A DNA stretch of 64,000 nt from Tricharina praecox (taxonomy: Eukaryota). How positions within the stretch are numbered: the stretch's first letter is position 1; each line of letters starts with the position of its first letter. Made by a program: the position numbers and the translations under genes. Of the stretch, positions 36,678 through 50,829 are shown one piece after another. The stretch covers positions 372,001 through 436,000 of the forward strand of contig NW_026250412.1 of assembly GCF_024521635.1 (NCBI RefSeq). The letters are read 5' to 3'. The notes beneath the pieces are model-generated. The model saw only the letters and a program-made list of their open reading frames with translations, did not search any database and was not told the origin of the DNA.

Positions 36678-36733
36678 TCACGTAGGTATTGTCACGTAGG
36701 TAATGTCACGTAGGTAATGTCACGTAATGTGAC
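36678..36733. repeat. 14-bp tandem repeat (TCACGTAGGTAATG) x about 4
   Basis: TCACGTA at 36678, 36692, 36706 and 36720. Confidence 0.85.
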
Positions 36734-39700
36734 TGAACAGCAAAAGCCATGACGGTTTAGCACCGGTAATGGTATTGCCAAGCATGGCTGGTAAGCGGTG
36801 GTGTCACGTGTGGCACTGTGGCTGGCGACCGTCGGGCCCGTTCATTCTTCAGTCTTCACATTTCCTTACTCCCCCCTTAGTTATTTTAAGGCGCCTCCTC
36901 CTCCTCCTTCTCCTCCTCCTCCTCCTCCTCCTCCCGCCCGGCACATATATATCAGCCCCATCGGCAGTATCCGTATCACGTAGATGGCGTGTTTCACTGC
37001 ACTGCACTGCACTGCACAGTAGGTATCATGATTCATGACGGCCAAGAGTTTACAAGTTTACATAACAATTGACCGTCAGACCTAAGGCTTGACATGCATT
37101 TAGGTACGGTAATTCGACATCCCTAATTCTAAGAACAGGAGCTCTAATTCCACCTATCTGCGTGGCACTGGCATGGCACTGGCATGGTGACGTTGTCCGT
37201 GTCATGAATCGTGTCGTAAGTAATTCAGTCTGCAAAAAAAATACTTGTGCATTTCTTTCGGCGGCGGCGGCCAAACTCGTACACTTTCACTGGTGACTAT
37301 ACAATACACTGTGGAGAACAGCACTTTCCAATCCCGAGGGTCCCGGAGACGGCTGACGGCTGAAGTGAAGAGGTGAAAAGCGGTAAAAAGAGGTAAAAAA
37401 GAGGACATAATGTAAGGGCGGAACATGAATGATGATATTGGGCGGGTGCCTGGGTGCCTGGGTGCCTGACTCTGAGTGCGACTTCATGAGTCATGACGAC
37501 GACTCACACTCCCTCGAGGGAGAGGGAGTCTCCTTCCGTCAGTGGGTAGGTGGGTATGTAGGTGGGCAAGTAGGTAGGTGGATACTTGATTCTGTTTGTC
37601 CGTCCGTCACCGTATGTACCGTGTGTACTTGTGTAGAGGATGTAGAGGATGTAGTGGATGTAGAGGATGTAGAGGATGTGGAGTAAAAGTAACGCCGCCG
37701 CCACTCCACCTGTGTAGGTAAGTAAGAGGTGGGTAGAGTACATACTTGATTCTGTCTGCCCGTCCTTCTCCCCCTTAGGTGCTAACGTACCGGTAGAGTA
37801 TGTAAAAGTATTGCCGCCGCCGACGTTGACGCCGCAATCCTGTTCTTCCTGCTCACAGCTCGTAGCTCGCAGCCCGCCTCGAGGTGCTGATCGTCCGTCC
37901 AATGTCCAGTGCCCAGTGCCCAGTGTCCAGTGTCCACTGTCCACTGGGCGGTGGGCGGTGGGCGGTGAGCGGAGGTTTCCATCATTCATGTTGGGAACGC
38001 GCGCGCGCAACACGTAACTTATATGCGGTTTTTTTTTTGCTTCTTTCCTCTCCTCGCTCCTCGCTCCTCCACACTCCTCCACACACCTCTCCTCACCTCT
38101 CACCTCTCACCTTTGAGGTCAGTGGAGTGGATACTATTGAGTAAGTACCGTATATAGAATAGGTATGGTGCGTACCGGATAGCTACCGAGATGAAACCGG
38201 ATGGCTGGCCGGTGGGCTGGGCAGTGGGCACTGGGCGGTGGGACGGATGCGAGGCGAGCAACACAGCACGACGGAAGCAAGTACGGAACAAATAACGTGA
38301 GAGAAAAGAAAAGAAAAAACGCCTCGTTCGCGGAGACGCAGCGCGGTGTACAGCGCCAAACCAAACAAGCACAGGCCGCCCACTCTCACGGAGCATGTAT
38401 CAATGTATCATACTCTAAGTTACTCTATATACAGTAAGTACTCTGCTTATCGAGAGGTTGACACGCATCCGGATTCCGGCCAGGCCCTGCCCAGGCCGCC
38501 AGCCATGTTTACATCACGAAGTTTGGATGCTGACCGAGGATGATCAAGGCTCATGAAAGTGCGGAGAGATGTGGAGTGACCCCCTGTGATTTTGCGGGGT
38601 TCGGCTCCCACTCGCCGACGCCGACGCCAAATCCAAGGGAGAGACGCATCCTGACAACGGCGGGGAAGGGGAAGGGGGAAAACAGTGGGCGCCGGTGTGT
38701 GCGCCGGACAGGGGGCCGGGGAGAAGGTTTGCTGTTAGCGGGCTTGGCTACAGTGGGCTAGGGGGCTATACCTGGTATCTTCGGTTGACCGTTCGATTCG
38801 CCCCCCGCACCAAGGGCCCCTACCCCCCACAGTGAAGGGAAGATAGGTACATAGAATACTACTTGTGGTTGGTACATTCTGTGAGTGGGTAAGGCAAGTA
38901 CGGTAGTTAGTACTGGTAGAGTAACTGGAGTACCTAGGTGTCGGTATCCTCCAGACACCGACACCGACCGATTGACCGCTCCTCTGAAGACTCCTGTGAT
39001 GCCATTCCTGTCCCATCCAGTGCAGCAACGGCAGACTCTCGTCTCATGTTTTACTTACCGACAGGCCAGTCAGCCAGAGTCCACCGACTCCCATACATAG
39101 CAATCCGAAAGCAGCTCCGCGCAGCAGCACTCGAGCTTGGCGCTCACGTTGCAAGCAGGTAAGCCAGTATGCGTATGCATTGGTTAGCTCACCCGGTGCA
39201 TGCAACTTCCACGCGGTTGCGTCACAAAAAAAGCCCCCGAAATGCGCGGAAAAGCCGATGGATCGTGGGAATGGCCGTTTGTACTCACTTATGCACCCAC
39301 GTACGCACCGCATAACGGCCGGAAGTCCGTGCAGATGGCTGGCTGACTGGCTGGCTGGTGGGAGAAAAAAAGAGAGAGTCGTACTACCAACGGTACTTAG
39401 ACCACAGCTTAGTTACGCCGCTTCGTCGACAACGGTCCGGCATCGGGCTCGGAGTGGGTTCGCTGGGACTGTGGACTCCCTCTACTTCGTGGAATAATTA
39501 AGACCCGTCCCGGTTGCCCACCCGGCGGCCCCACCACAATCTGGATGCGTTACCGCAAGCGGGATGGATTGAGGCATCCTCCGCCCATTGATGGGGTGTT
39601 TCCAGTAGCTATGTGAACCGTGGGTCCCCGTAACCTTAACGTTGGGTTCCCTGCCCTTCCCACAGCCATTTGGCGGTGCATAGTGGACTTTGAAGGAGGG

Positions 39701-40438
39701 GGGGAGGGTTGGGGGGGAGAATTGGCGAGCGAGAACTGGCGAGCGAGAATGATGACGATCCTCCAAGGTATGTAGAGAGCACTCTACTTTCCCACGGATC
39801 CATCCCAGCCTCCTTCCACGTTCTGCTGTGCATGTAACCCCACCACCACGACGAACCCACATGGTTCATGTACCCCACAAGCGGAGAGGTCGATAACCCA
39901 CGACAGCCCCCGCGACCCCCCCCTCCCCCCGGATTTCTTACCTCCGGTGATCTTTCTCCGTGTTGAGCAATTCATCCGTGCGGCGCCGGACCAAGAATGG
40001 AGATGTAACATACACTGTTCCTTGCTCGTTGGCTCGGACAATGTTGCGGAGGGCAGCACGCTGCGTGCAGGCGTCGTCGTGACGGGTGGAATTTTGTAGA
40101 ATCCGATTTGGCCTCATGCGCCTCCCTCCTGTCGTGCTCGTGTTGCTCTGGCTACATGCGGATCGAGGCATGGAGGCATGGAGGCATGGAGGCATGGAGG
40201 AAGGGAGGCAGGGAGGGAGGGCGCGAGGCGGGGCCTGGATCGAAGGGTTCGAAACCTGAATTCTTTCCGAATACCGAACCAACCCCTCCTCTTCGTGCTC
40301 CTCTAGGGCGGTCTCAGTATCGTCTCCCTCCCTCGTGGTGTGTGTGCGTATAAGTATATGGTTATAGCCCCCCCTCGGTTTTCTCTTCAGCAGTTCTTCG
40401 CTCAACATCCACTCGGTCGATCACACTCACCCTTCACG

Positions 40439-43237
40439 ATGATTCACAACCTTCTGGTAGTCGCCCTCTTCGCCGGAGCGGCATTCGGTCAGGACTTGTC
40501 TTACAGCGAGCCCTACTATCCTTCGCCTCGCACGGATGGCTCTGGAGACTGGGCTGCGGCCTACGTCAAGGCCCGCGAGTTCGTCGGTGCCCTCACCCTG
40601 CCCGAGAAGGTCAATCTCACCACCGGTACTGGATGGTCTATGGATGCCTGCGTTGGCAATGTTGGTTAGTTCTATTCCTATGCCCATTGAACTGCTGGCG
40701 GTGAAAGAGGAGTTTTGATATTAACCTCATCCTTCCAGGAACAATCCCCCGCATTGGCTTTGCTTCGATATGTCTCCAGGACTCTCCCCTCGGAATCCGA
40801 TTCGGCACCTATTCCTCCGCTTTCCCCGCGGGAATGAACGCCGCCATGACTTGGGACCGCAAGCTCATGTACGAGCGCGGATACGCCATGGGTGAGGAGT
40901 TCAAAGGAAAGGGTATCAACGTTGCTCTGGGCCCTGTGGTAAGATCCATTCCCCCTTCCCCGCCCATGTTGTGGTACGGTCAGAAGCTAAGACAGTGTAG
41001 GCGGGACCTCTTGGACGTCACCCCGAAGGTGGACGTAACTGGGAGGGATTCTCTTCGGACCCGGTCTTGACCGGTGTTGGCATGATGGAGACCATCAAGG
41101 GAATGCAGGATGCGGGTGTTGTGGCCACAGCCAAGCACTTCATCGGCAACGAGCAGGAACATTTCAGACAGCGTGGAGAGTGGAACCAGTGGGGCTTCGA
41201 CATCGATCAGGCCATCTCCGCCAATGTCGACGACAGAGCTATGCATGAGCTCTACGGATGGCCGTTCGCCGACGCTGTTCGTGCCAATGTTGGAGGTAAG
41301 CGTTCCCCCCCCTCGACGACAGAGTTGAGTCGAATTCGTGCTGACCCAGCATGTAGCCATCATGTGCTCGTACCAGCAGGTCAACAACAGCTACGGTTGC
41401 CAGAACAGCAAATTGCTCAATGGACTCCTGAAGGACGAGATGGACTTCCAGGGTTTCGTCATGTCTGATTGGCAGGCTCAGCACGCCGGTGTCGATGCTG
41501 TAAGTTCTTCTGGTGAAAGTGTCCGGTGAACTTCGTAGCTGACCCCATCAATAGGCTCTTGCAGGTCTCGACATGAGCATGCCTGGAGACACCGTCTTCA
41601 ACTCTGGTGTATCTTACTGGGGTGGCAACCTCACTCGTGCCGTGCTCAACGGAACCGTCCCTGAATGGAGGCTCGACGACATGGCTACCCGTATCATGGC
41701 AGCCTACTTCCTCGTTGGCCAGGACCCCGAGACTTACCCCGAGACCAACTTCAACTCTTGGACCACCGACGAGTACGGTTACAAGGCCTTCGCCCCCAAG
41801 GCAAACTACGGACTCGTCAACCAGGATGTCGATGTCCGTGGCGACCACTACAAGAACATCCGCGAAGTTGCTGCCAAGTCCAATGTTCTCCTCAAGAACG
41901 TCGACGGTGCCCTTCCCCTCCGCAAGCTCAAGCAGATCGGTATCTTCGGATCCGACGCCGGCGAGGCCCAGTACGGCCCCAACGGTTGCAACGACCGTGG
42001 CTGCCACAACGGAACCCTCGCCATGGGCTGGGGATCCGGAACCGCCAGCTTCCCCTACCTCATCACTCCCCTCGAGGCCATCAAGCGCCGGGCCATCAAG
42101 CAGGGCACCGTCGTTCAGTCCGTTCTCAATGACTACGCATACGCTCAGATCAATGCCACCGCCAAGGTCGCCTCGGCGTGCTTGGTCTTTGTCGCTGCAG
42201 ACGCCGGAGAGGGCTACCTCGAGCAGGACGGAAACCTCGGTGACAGGAAGAACCTTACCCTCTGGAACGCCGGAGATGCTCTGATCAACACTGTTGCGTC
42301 CAACTGCAACAACACCATCGTTGTCGTCCATGCCGTCGGTGTTGTTCTCTACGAGGAGTTCATCGACCACCCCAACGTTACCGCTGTCATTTTCGCTGGT
42401 CTTCCCGGCCAAGAGTCCGGTGATGCCATCGTCGATGTTCTCTACGGTGATGTGAACCCCTCCGGAAAGCTCCCTTTTACTGTCGGCAAGAAGTCTGAGG
42501 ACTACGGCGTCGAGCCCATGTACAAGCCCACCACTCGCACCCCCCAGCAGGACTTCTCCGAGGGTCTCTTCATCGACTACCGTCACTTCGACAAGAACGA
42601 CATCGAGCCCCGCTTCGAGTTCGGTTTCGGTATGAGCTACACCACCTTCAACTACTCTCGCCTCAGCATCAAGAAGGTCGGCGAAGTCTCCGCCTACACT
42701 CCCATGACCGGCAAAACCGACGCTGTGACCAAGCCCGCCACCGACTTTGTCGTCGAGGACTACCTTCCCCCGGCGGACTTTGAGTCCTACCGTCTTGAGA
42801 AGTTCATCTACCCCTACATCAACTCGACCGCCGACGTCATCGTCAACAGCACCTACGACATGCCCGAGGGCGCCTACGACATCACCCCGCAGCCGATCCC
42901 GGCCGCCGGTGGTGCGCCCGGTGGTAACCCCTCGCTGTACGAGACCGTGTACAAGGTCTCGGTTGTCATCACCAACACCGGTAGCTGTGCCGGTGAGGAG
43001 GTCGCCCAGCTGTACCTCGAGACCGGTCTTGCAGACGACCCCATCCGCGTCCTGCGTGGATTCGAGAAGGTCGCCCTCAAGAAGGGAGAGAGCAAGACTG
43101 TCACCATGACCCTCGCCCGGAGGGACGTCATGAGGTGGGACGTCGTCAGCCAGGACTGGGTCGTCACCGAGGGCGTCAAGACTGTCAAGGTCGGCGCTAG
43201 CTCCAGGAACCTTCCCTTGTCTGGTACCCTCCAGTAG
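40439..43237 (+). CDS. bglA: Secreted glycoside hydrolase family 3 beta-glucosidase (BglA/Bgl1-like), about 848 aa; exons 40439-40664, 40739-40938, 41001-41295, 41357-41499, 41555-43237
   Basis: Signal peptide [70 protein letters not shown] (nucleophile Asp), GLDMSMPGD, and a C-terminal FnIII-like LRGFEKV. Canonical introns, phases consistent. Confidence 0.95.
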
Positions 43238-45001
43238 ATGTCTGGACTCTGAAGGTGTGGGCATGATTGCCTGTTGTGCATATGTTTTTTTTTCCTTTGT
43301 TTTTCTTCTATGTTTTTCTTTATCTTTTTCTTTCGATTCGGTGCGATTTGTCGATATGATGATGATGATGATGGCCTGTATAGCTGTATATACTTTACGT
43401 GAACTGTGGATTACTGGGGATGGTATTTGCGGTAGAAAATGCATATGATCGAGAATGAAGGGATTCAACGGCCGTTACATACAATACTTGCTTGCTTGGT
43501 GATGACTTGAGCTGGTGTGACTGTGGCTGGGAATATCTACTTTGAAGGCGGCATCGTTGAGGATGAATGGCAGAGTCTCTCTCAAGCCATACACCGGCTA
43601 CCAACCGTGGGAGGAGCGGTTCCTCAGCCTTGGCTGACATCATGACTCGGAAGAAGACGAAGCATCGGAGTTCTTTGCCTGTGGTGTTTATACCTTGTAG
43701 CCGAGTGGAAGGGGGCTTTGCCTTACTCAGTAACCCAGCGCCATCTCCGACGCCGACATTACACAGCCTAAGTAGCCCAGCGGCGCCGAACCACGAAATA
43801 CCACCCGCGATGACCCGTGATGGCTCGCTGGCCCGCTGGCGGGAAGATCAGTGGTGATTAACCGCAGCGATTGACCGCAGTGAATTAATGTAAGATGTAA
43901 TTGCCAGATGCAATGCAATGAGAATAGCGAGCTATCTCTCTGCCTGTAAATTGATGATCTCTCTCTCCCTCTCTCCCCCTTTCTCTACGAAACGACCTTA
44001 TGATAAACGAAGAGATCACTTTTTTGGTTTCCATTGTTCACTGTTTTGGTTTCTACTGTTCAGTGTTCAGTGTTCAGTGTTCAGTGCTCAGTGTTCAGTG
44101 TCCAGCTCAGCTCAACACAACCAGAATCACGCGATCAGATCATAGATATTGCTTCCCCTGTCCCACCGCCCACCGCCTTGGCCTATTCCAGCGATATCTA
44201 AAGCAGTGTATGTTCATAGATCGCACCTGGGAATGACACCGGGAGGATATAGATCGATGCTCCCCCTCTCTCTATGCAATGAGCATAACCGAAGAAATCA
44301 CTTTCTTTTTGTTTTTGTTTTTTGTTTTTTGGTTGTTTGGCCTGGCCTCGAGTGATGACCCGTGAACCCTGGAAGTGTCGTGTGCTCTGTCCCCCCCTGC
44401 CCCTCGTCCCTGGTCCATCACGTGAAGATTACAGGATTACCAGCCTGTGAAAAAAATTACGTACTCCACACCAAAGTCCACAGTGCACACAAGATTTGTC
44501 TCTGACATCTTGACATCGTGTCTCTTTCATAAATACCAGCTTCACATGGAAACGTGAAAAGTTAAAGCGAGATGTCATCTATTTTGCACCGGCAACCCAA
44601 CAAAACCGAAAACAGCGCTCTCGAAGAATCCCCAAAAGCCGAATGAACGAAGAAACCCGACAGGCAAAAGACGGAGTACTACCGGAAGAAAAAAAAATAG
44701 TAACTGGAGTGAATGAAGGCTATGGGTGGGTTGTCATGGAAGAGGAAACCTTTTTCTACAAAAGCACACACACTATGCGTGACAGACAACACAACCCTTT
44801 GACTCCATCCCTAATATAGTAGATGATTCCCACTCCCCTTCCCCCTATGAAAAGACCTGCCCCGCATAAAGTACAACAGTAAATTGTCGAAACAAACCCC
44901 ATCCCATTTTTGAAAGCTCTCCCAAAGCATTATCTACGTCCCCAAGCAACACGGCACCCGAACACCCACCACCGACTCAACCTTCACCTTTGGCGATCCG
45001 C

Positions 45002-46359
45002 TTATTTGAAAGCCTTTCCGAAGAGGATGAGCTGGACCTGGTCGTACAGGGACAACACACCGGCACCAGCAACACCACGGAGGATGTTGGCACCAGCACC
45101 CTTGAAGAGCGACTTAACACCCTCGGCCTTGACGATCGAGGAGAAAGCGTGCATGGAGGAGTTGTACTTGACGGCCTCACCGGAAGTCTGTGGAGATGTA
45201 TCAGTGACTGTCTTCATCGAATAGTTGATATAGAGGGGGATAGCTTACCATCATCATGCGACGACGAACGGTGTCGAGAGGGTAGGAGGCGATTCCAGCA
45301 CCAGTGGTGACACACCATCCAAGAGCGAACGAGGCCAAGAAGTTGCCCTCAAGCTTGCCGGTAAGGACGACAGGCTTGATGGAGTCGTACATACCGAAGT
45401 ACAGACCACGGTAGACGATGATACCGAGGACGGAAGGACCGAAACCACGGTAAAGACCGGCAACACCGTCAGAGGCGAGAGTCTTCTTGTAGACGTCGAC
45501 GAGTCCGTTGTACTGACGGGCACCACCGGTCTTGGCCGACTTGTTGTCGTTGGCCAGACGGGTACGGGCGTAGTCCAACGAGTAGACGAAGAGGAGCGAG
45601 GTGGCACCAGCAGCTCCTCCGGAAGCCAAGTTACCGGCCATCCACTTGCCGTAACCATCACGGTCCTTCTTGTAACCGAACATGGCCTTGAACTTGTCAC
45701 GGAAAGCGAAGTTCAGAGCCTGGGTAGGGAAGTAACGGATGACGTTGGCGGTGTTTCCACGCCACAGGGCAACGAGACCCTCGTCGGCCATGGTGCGCTT
45801 GAAGCAGTCCGAGATACCGTTGTACTTGCGGTCGAGACGTCCCTGCTTGATCATCTCATCCTATACGAGCAACCGGCAATTAGACTTTGCCGTTGACGGG
45901 TTGGCACAGATAAGGATAGTGTGTACGAACCTGGTTCTGGATGAGGAGCTTGACACGCTCAATGGGGGCAGCGGCGGTCTTGGAGACCGCAGCGGAGATA
46001 CCGCCCATCATGAAATCAATCATGAAGTTCTGTATGTGGAAACAGCGTTAGTACACACGATCAACCAGATGCCACCCGACCCTCCAATGTTGCACCCTCG
46101 GCCATCGAGAGAACCCATCTAAGCAAAACAGCCCAACGAGACCAGACGGAGACAGCAGATCTGCGATTGAAAGCATCAATCCGCCAGATCCCCCTCGCCG
46201 GAAGTCTTATCGGAGCTGTTGGTTGCGAGCTATGATGGATTCCCCGTTGTGACCGGCATTACGGAAAATTTTTTCTTCGGTACGCTCCGGGTATTGGGGG
46301 GGAGAAGTTAGGTGGTAGTAGCAGATCGATAGACTTACGGATTGCTTCTTCTCAGACAT
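45002..46359 (-). CDS. AAC: Mitochondrial ADP/ATP carrier, 305 aa; exons 46359-46339, 46029-45931, 45860-45249, 45187-45002
   Basis: [46 protein letters not shown] and the RRRMMM signature; strong codon bias. Confidence 0.97.
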
Positions 46360-48611
46360 GTTGGCGGTGTTTTTTGATTCGGACTGGTGATGTGAGGAGG
46401 GGTAAAGAGCGGATCAACGACTCTTGTGGGGTGGGATGAGGAGGGGAGAGAGGAGAGTGAGGAAGGGAACTTCTGGGTTGGGGGGGGAAAGGAGGAAGTC
46501 AACGACGGCAGCAGCAACAGGGCTTAAAAGCGAAGGTCTGCCAGAAAACCACAGGCTTGGCGAAAGTTTTTGTGGCGGCTTAGCGCCGTCGGAGAGGAAC
46601 GGAGCCTAATCAGGGCAAAGGGCCCAAATTCTGGCGGGGCAGGATTAACTACATCCCTTTTCTCCACTCGTGCCCGCCGCCAGCTGCCAGCCATGCTGCT
46701 ACGGGTACCGTAGAGGATACCGGCAGTGCGTAGATACAGCGGGCATTTTCCTCCTTGGCCTCACTCTGCTCCCGACGCTATGTGTGTAGAGTACATACAT
46801 AGATGATGGCAGCGGCCAACGGATGTGCTTCCCCTGCCGTTACGATTGCTCGCAGGACTTTGGATGTCTGTGACTGTGGTATACGGTAGCAACGAGCCGC
46901 TGTTCTGTTTGAACTGTACTGAGTGTTCGATCAACCTCCTCTATTTGCCGCGGCGTAAATGCTTCGGAGCTATCTACTCTATACTGTAGTATAGGAATGT
47001 AGTAGGATTGAGCATTCCATGCTTCATACCAGCAGCCGGCCATTAGGTATTGCGAATATGAGCTTCGAGGAGGCCGACGGACCGACGACCAGTCGGTTTG
47101 CAGACACAGTAAGCTGTACTCTAGAATTCTAGAATAGGTAGCAGGTAGAGTGTCTATCCGGAGCAGCAAGCAAGCAAAGCAGGTATCTCTTCAGGAGCTT
47201 CCTTTCTTTTTTCTTTCCTTTTTCTCTCGCAGTATCCGGATCGCATTGCATCACACACCTGCTTTTCTGCCACCACCGGCCAACCGGATTCTTGATCGTG
47301 CTTCGAAGAGCCAAAAGGCAAAGTGGGCGTCTTCCAATTCGACGTCTGGGCCATGGGCTGGCTGGCTGGCGGAGCTTGGGAAAGCAACCTGTCCGACCAA
47401 CCAAGAAGCAGCGGAAGGTTGGTTGGTTGGCTTTTTTTTTTTCTTTCCCTCTCTCCCGCTCCCTGCACCCGAGGGACATCCTTCCATCCTGCCTGTGATT
47501 CTGATTCTTGGAGCAAGCGGCCAGCGGATCAAATCAGCCTCAAATCAGCCTCAAATCAGAGCTTCCAATTGCCAACCGAAAGAAAAAAAAAAGAAAGGAA
47601 AAAAAAAGAAAAGGAAAAGACGACACGGGAAAAAAAAGATTTTTTCCTTTTTCCCTTTCCTTTCTTTCCCTCTGGCCCTTGGGAAGAGCGGCAATCGGAG
47701 AGCGAGCCTGGAGCAAGTCCCAGCTGCACGCACGCTTCTGAAAAGTCCGCAGTGCGCAGTCCGGCTGCAAGATTATCGTGGTCCAGTCAAAATATCTCAA
47801 TATCGCCCCGGATCAACGGTTCTTCGGCATGGTTTCGGGCAGTTCTCGATCCGACCTGGACTTGGACTCCCTCCTCCACTCCAACTTTCTGTGGCACGCA
47901 GCAACAACAATAACAACAGGAAAGAGAAGTAAGGTGCTTTTCTAGGTACTTACCGCTCCAGGCAACCCGACGATAGAGTAGACAGATATGGGGTACGTGT
48001 GTCTTTGCCATATGTAAAACGTAAAACATAAACCATAAACCATGCGAAACAATCCCCGCCGATGATGAGATAGAGTGGAATGCGCAGTACTATGTCCAGA
48101 AAAAGTGTGTACGATAGGTATGAGTACCTGGATCTTTGCGATTGTGCAACGGAAGCGTCGGGCCTGCATGGAAGCATCAACCACTGGCCGTGGGTGTAGA
48201 GTACCAATGCAGCAATACGTTCGGACGATTCTTCGCGGGGCTCCTAGCTGGATGCAAAGGAATACTGGTGGTAGTAGATGAATAGCATTTGTGTGCGAGT
48301 GAACGAGGACATGGAATCCAACCCGCAATGAAACGAGCAACGCCCAGTCATATATACAAAAACTTAACAGATTCCATCATGCGATGTCACCCCATCCAGA
48401 GTGGTCTTCATTACTCTTTCTATCGCAGTGTCGCGTGAGCTCCGGAAGGGCCCGCCGCCTGCTGCTGCTGCTCACCTGAGACGGCATACACCGGTACAGT
48501 ACGAGTACATGCTAGTACTTGCGTATATAAAAACACAAACTTTTGAAAAACCACCCAGTAAGAAATACGCAAAATAAGAAAAAAGATCCCATCGTGTACA
48601 TAAACCATCCA

Positions 48612-50678
48612 TTACGCCTTGCCGTCCTTGTTCTTCTTCCGTCTCTTCTTCTTCCTCTCGCCATCTCCGCCTTCCCGGATATCAACCTTGCCAGCAACGG
48701 CCGCCTCGGGCTTTTTCGTTATTTCGCCCGTCGGTTTCCAGTCGGCCGGCATCTGTATTCCGTTCGCGTCGCCGAACGTCTCCTTCCTCCACTGCTTGAG
48801 CAGCTTCTTCTTGGCGTACCGCTTCTTGTCCTTCTTCTTCTTCTCTTCGTCTCTGAAAGTAGCAAACTTCTTGAGTCCGGCGTATGCGTTGAGATCGGCG
48901 TCGTCTGCGGCCAGAATATCTAGTGTGCCGAGTCCGAACGTTTCTGGTGTGGTCTCACGGTAGCGGAACCCAGAAACTTTGGAACCACCGGCGAGCTAGG
49001 ACGAGTGTTAGTACATGGCGGGGGTGGCACGGCTTCGAGGTGCAGGGCGGGGTGGGGCCATACCTCGCTCTCAAAGTCGAAGTTCTCTTCAACAAGGCGC
49101 TCGATTTTGCGGTGCGTAGATCGTTCTTTGGCCTTCTTTGCCTGCTTATCCCTGATGCGATCCTTCTTTGACTTCTTTTTGGCGGGCTCTCCCTCCTCAG
49201 CGTCGTCGTCGACATCGTTCATCTCTTCGTCTCCATATGCAGCTTCGCCGGCTGCTTCTTGACCCTCGTCATCGTCTGATGTCTCATCCTCCTTGAAGTC
49301 CGGAACTATATCACCGATATCGATGTCGTCGTCAAACTTGGGCTTCTTGGGCTTGCCATCCGTCTCGTAATATTTGTTGCCGAATCGCTCCTGCATCCAC
49401 TTATCCCACTCTTCATCGCTGAAGTCACCTTCCAACAATTTGGCCAGAACAGCAGCTTCAGTCTCTTCGTCTCCCTCATCGAGATCGGCAGCCTCCTTGA
49501 TCAGTTTAAATTTCTCCAATAGCTCTTCTGTCTTGAGCTTCTTCAGCCTCCCTTTCTCGATCTCCCGCTGCTCCTCTTCCTCTTCCTTCTTCCGCCGCTT
49601 CTCCTCTCTAGCCTTCTTTCTCCGACTCTTCTCCTCTCGGCGCACCGTGTTCGCGCTGATGGCATCTCTGCCGTATGACACAAGCTTTGCGCGGGCAGCG
49701 GCATCGGGGTCCTCGAATCTCAAGTTGTAATTGACCTCGTACTCCTCCGCCATGGCATCCTCTTCCGAGTCATCGGACTCGATCGGCACATAAGCCTTGG
49801 CCGAGGTCTTCGCCCAAGCGCGGGAGGCGAGGAACTTCTGGAGAAACTCGTCGGGATCCTTATCAGCGAGCGATGGATCAGGGAGATCTGATTCCCGCTC
49901 GCTCTTCTCCTTCTTCTCGCTGGGCTTACGGACTAAGAACCCGTCGTCGTCATCGCCATCGCCACCGTCATCCACCTCCGCAGCCTCGTGCATTTCCTTC
50001 ACAACCGTACGTTTGAGATTCTCCTGCTCCTGCACAAAGGTCCTCGGCTCCTCCTCCTCCTCAATGTCTCCTCCGGCGTCACCGGCAAGGATGTTCTCAC
50101 GGTGGTAGTCGCGCAGGAACATTGGCTTTCCCTTCTTCACCTCGGCGGCGTCGGTGGTCTCCGCCGCCGCATCCATCGGTGTGTAGAACGACGTCGTGCC
50201 ATCGTAGACTCTGGGGTCCTTATTCTTTATGGCCGCAAGTGTCGCAAAGATTTCCTTGTCCAGGGTTTCCGTAGCAAGAACACCAACGTCGTCCTCGTCG
50301 TCGCTCGACGACTCCGAGTCGCTCTCGTCCTCGCGACCACGCTTCGCCGAGTTGGGACCGTATTTTTCCTCCACTGTAGTCCCCGTCAGCCTTCCTGGCT
50401 TCCCTGCCCATGAGTGAGTGCGCATACGTACGTCGTGACAACTCCTCGCGCTTCTTGTTGTACTCAAACCTGCGAGCGTACTCCTCGTTGACCTTGAACA
50501 CCCCGCCGACTATGGAAGGCGACTGCACGGCGGAGTGGAACTCCTCCTCGGAGTCGGAGTCGCCGATCAGGACTCGCGAGGTGGCCGGCGTCTTTGGTTT
50601 TTCGGCAAGCAGCTGGGCCGAGGGTGTGTCAGGAGCCGTTAAGGCGGCGACTTGCTTGTTCTTCTTGGGACGAGGCAT
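48612..50678 (-). CDS. KRI1: KRI1-like 40S ribosome biogenesis protein, about 646 aa; exons 50678-50432, 50373-49064, 48995-48612
   Basis: FKVNEEYARRFEYNKKREELSRLEEKYG, IKNKDPRVYD, KPMFLRDYHRE, YNLRFEDP, and the C-terminal FRYRETTPETFGL..ILAADDADLNAYAGLKKFATFR. GTACGT and GTATGG donors. Confidence 0.93.
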
Positions 50679-50821
50679 GATGGTAAGGATTGGATTGTGG
50701 AAACGTAACGTTGGTGGGGCTCGTGTTCCCAACGGTGAAAAGTCGTGGAAGGAAAAACGAACGGCATGAGCCGCACTAAGGTACTGTACTTTACTTTACG
50801 CTAAGGTTCACACGTTCACAC

Positions 50822-50829
50822 GCGATGAG
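50822..50829. promoter_or_regulatory. PAC-like element GCGATGAG upstream of KRI1
   Basis: Exact match to the yeast PAC ribosome-biogenesis motif, about 145 bp upstream of the KRI1 ATG. An 8-mer can occur by chance; it also occurs near 17413. Confidence 0.35.

Noticed and set aside
40240..40262. GGTTCGAAACC resembling a tRNA T-loop (similar at about 8597 and 63961)
   Set aside because: No cloverleaf, acceptor stem or A-box in the flanks.
41459..43468. 669-aa antisense ORF over the beta-glucosidase
   Set aside because: Expected shadow of strong C-ending codon bias on the sense strand; no recognisable domain.
47150..47932. 260-aa ORF with a Lys-rich tract upstream of AAC
   Set aside because: Derived from poly-A/poly-T promoter tracts.
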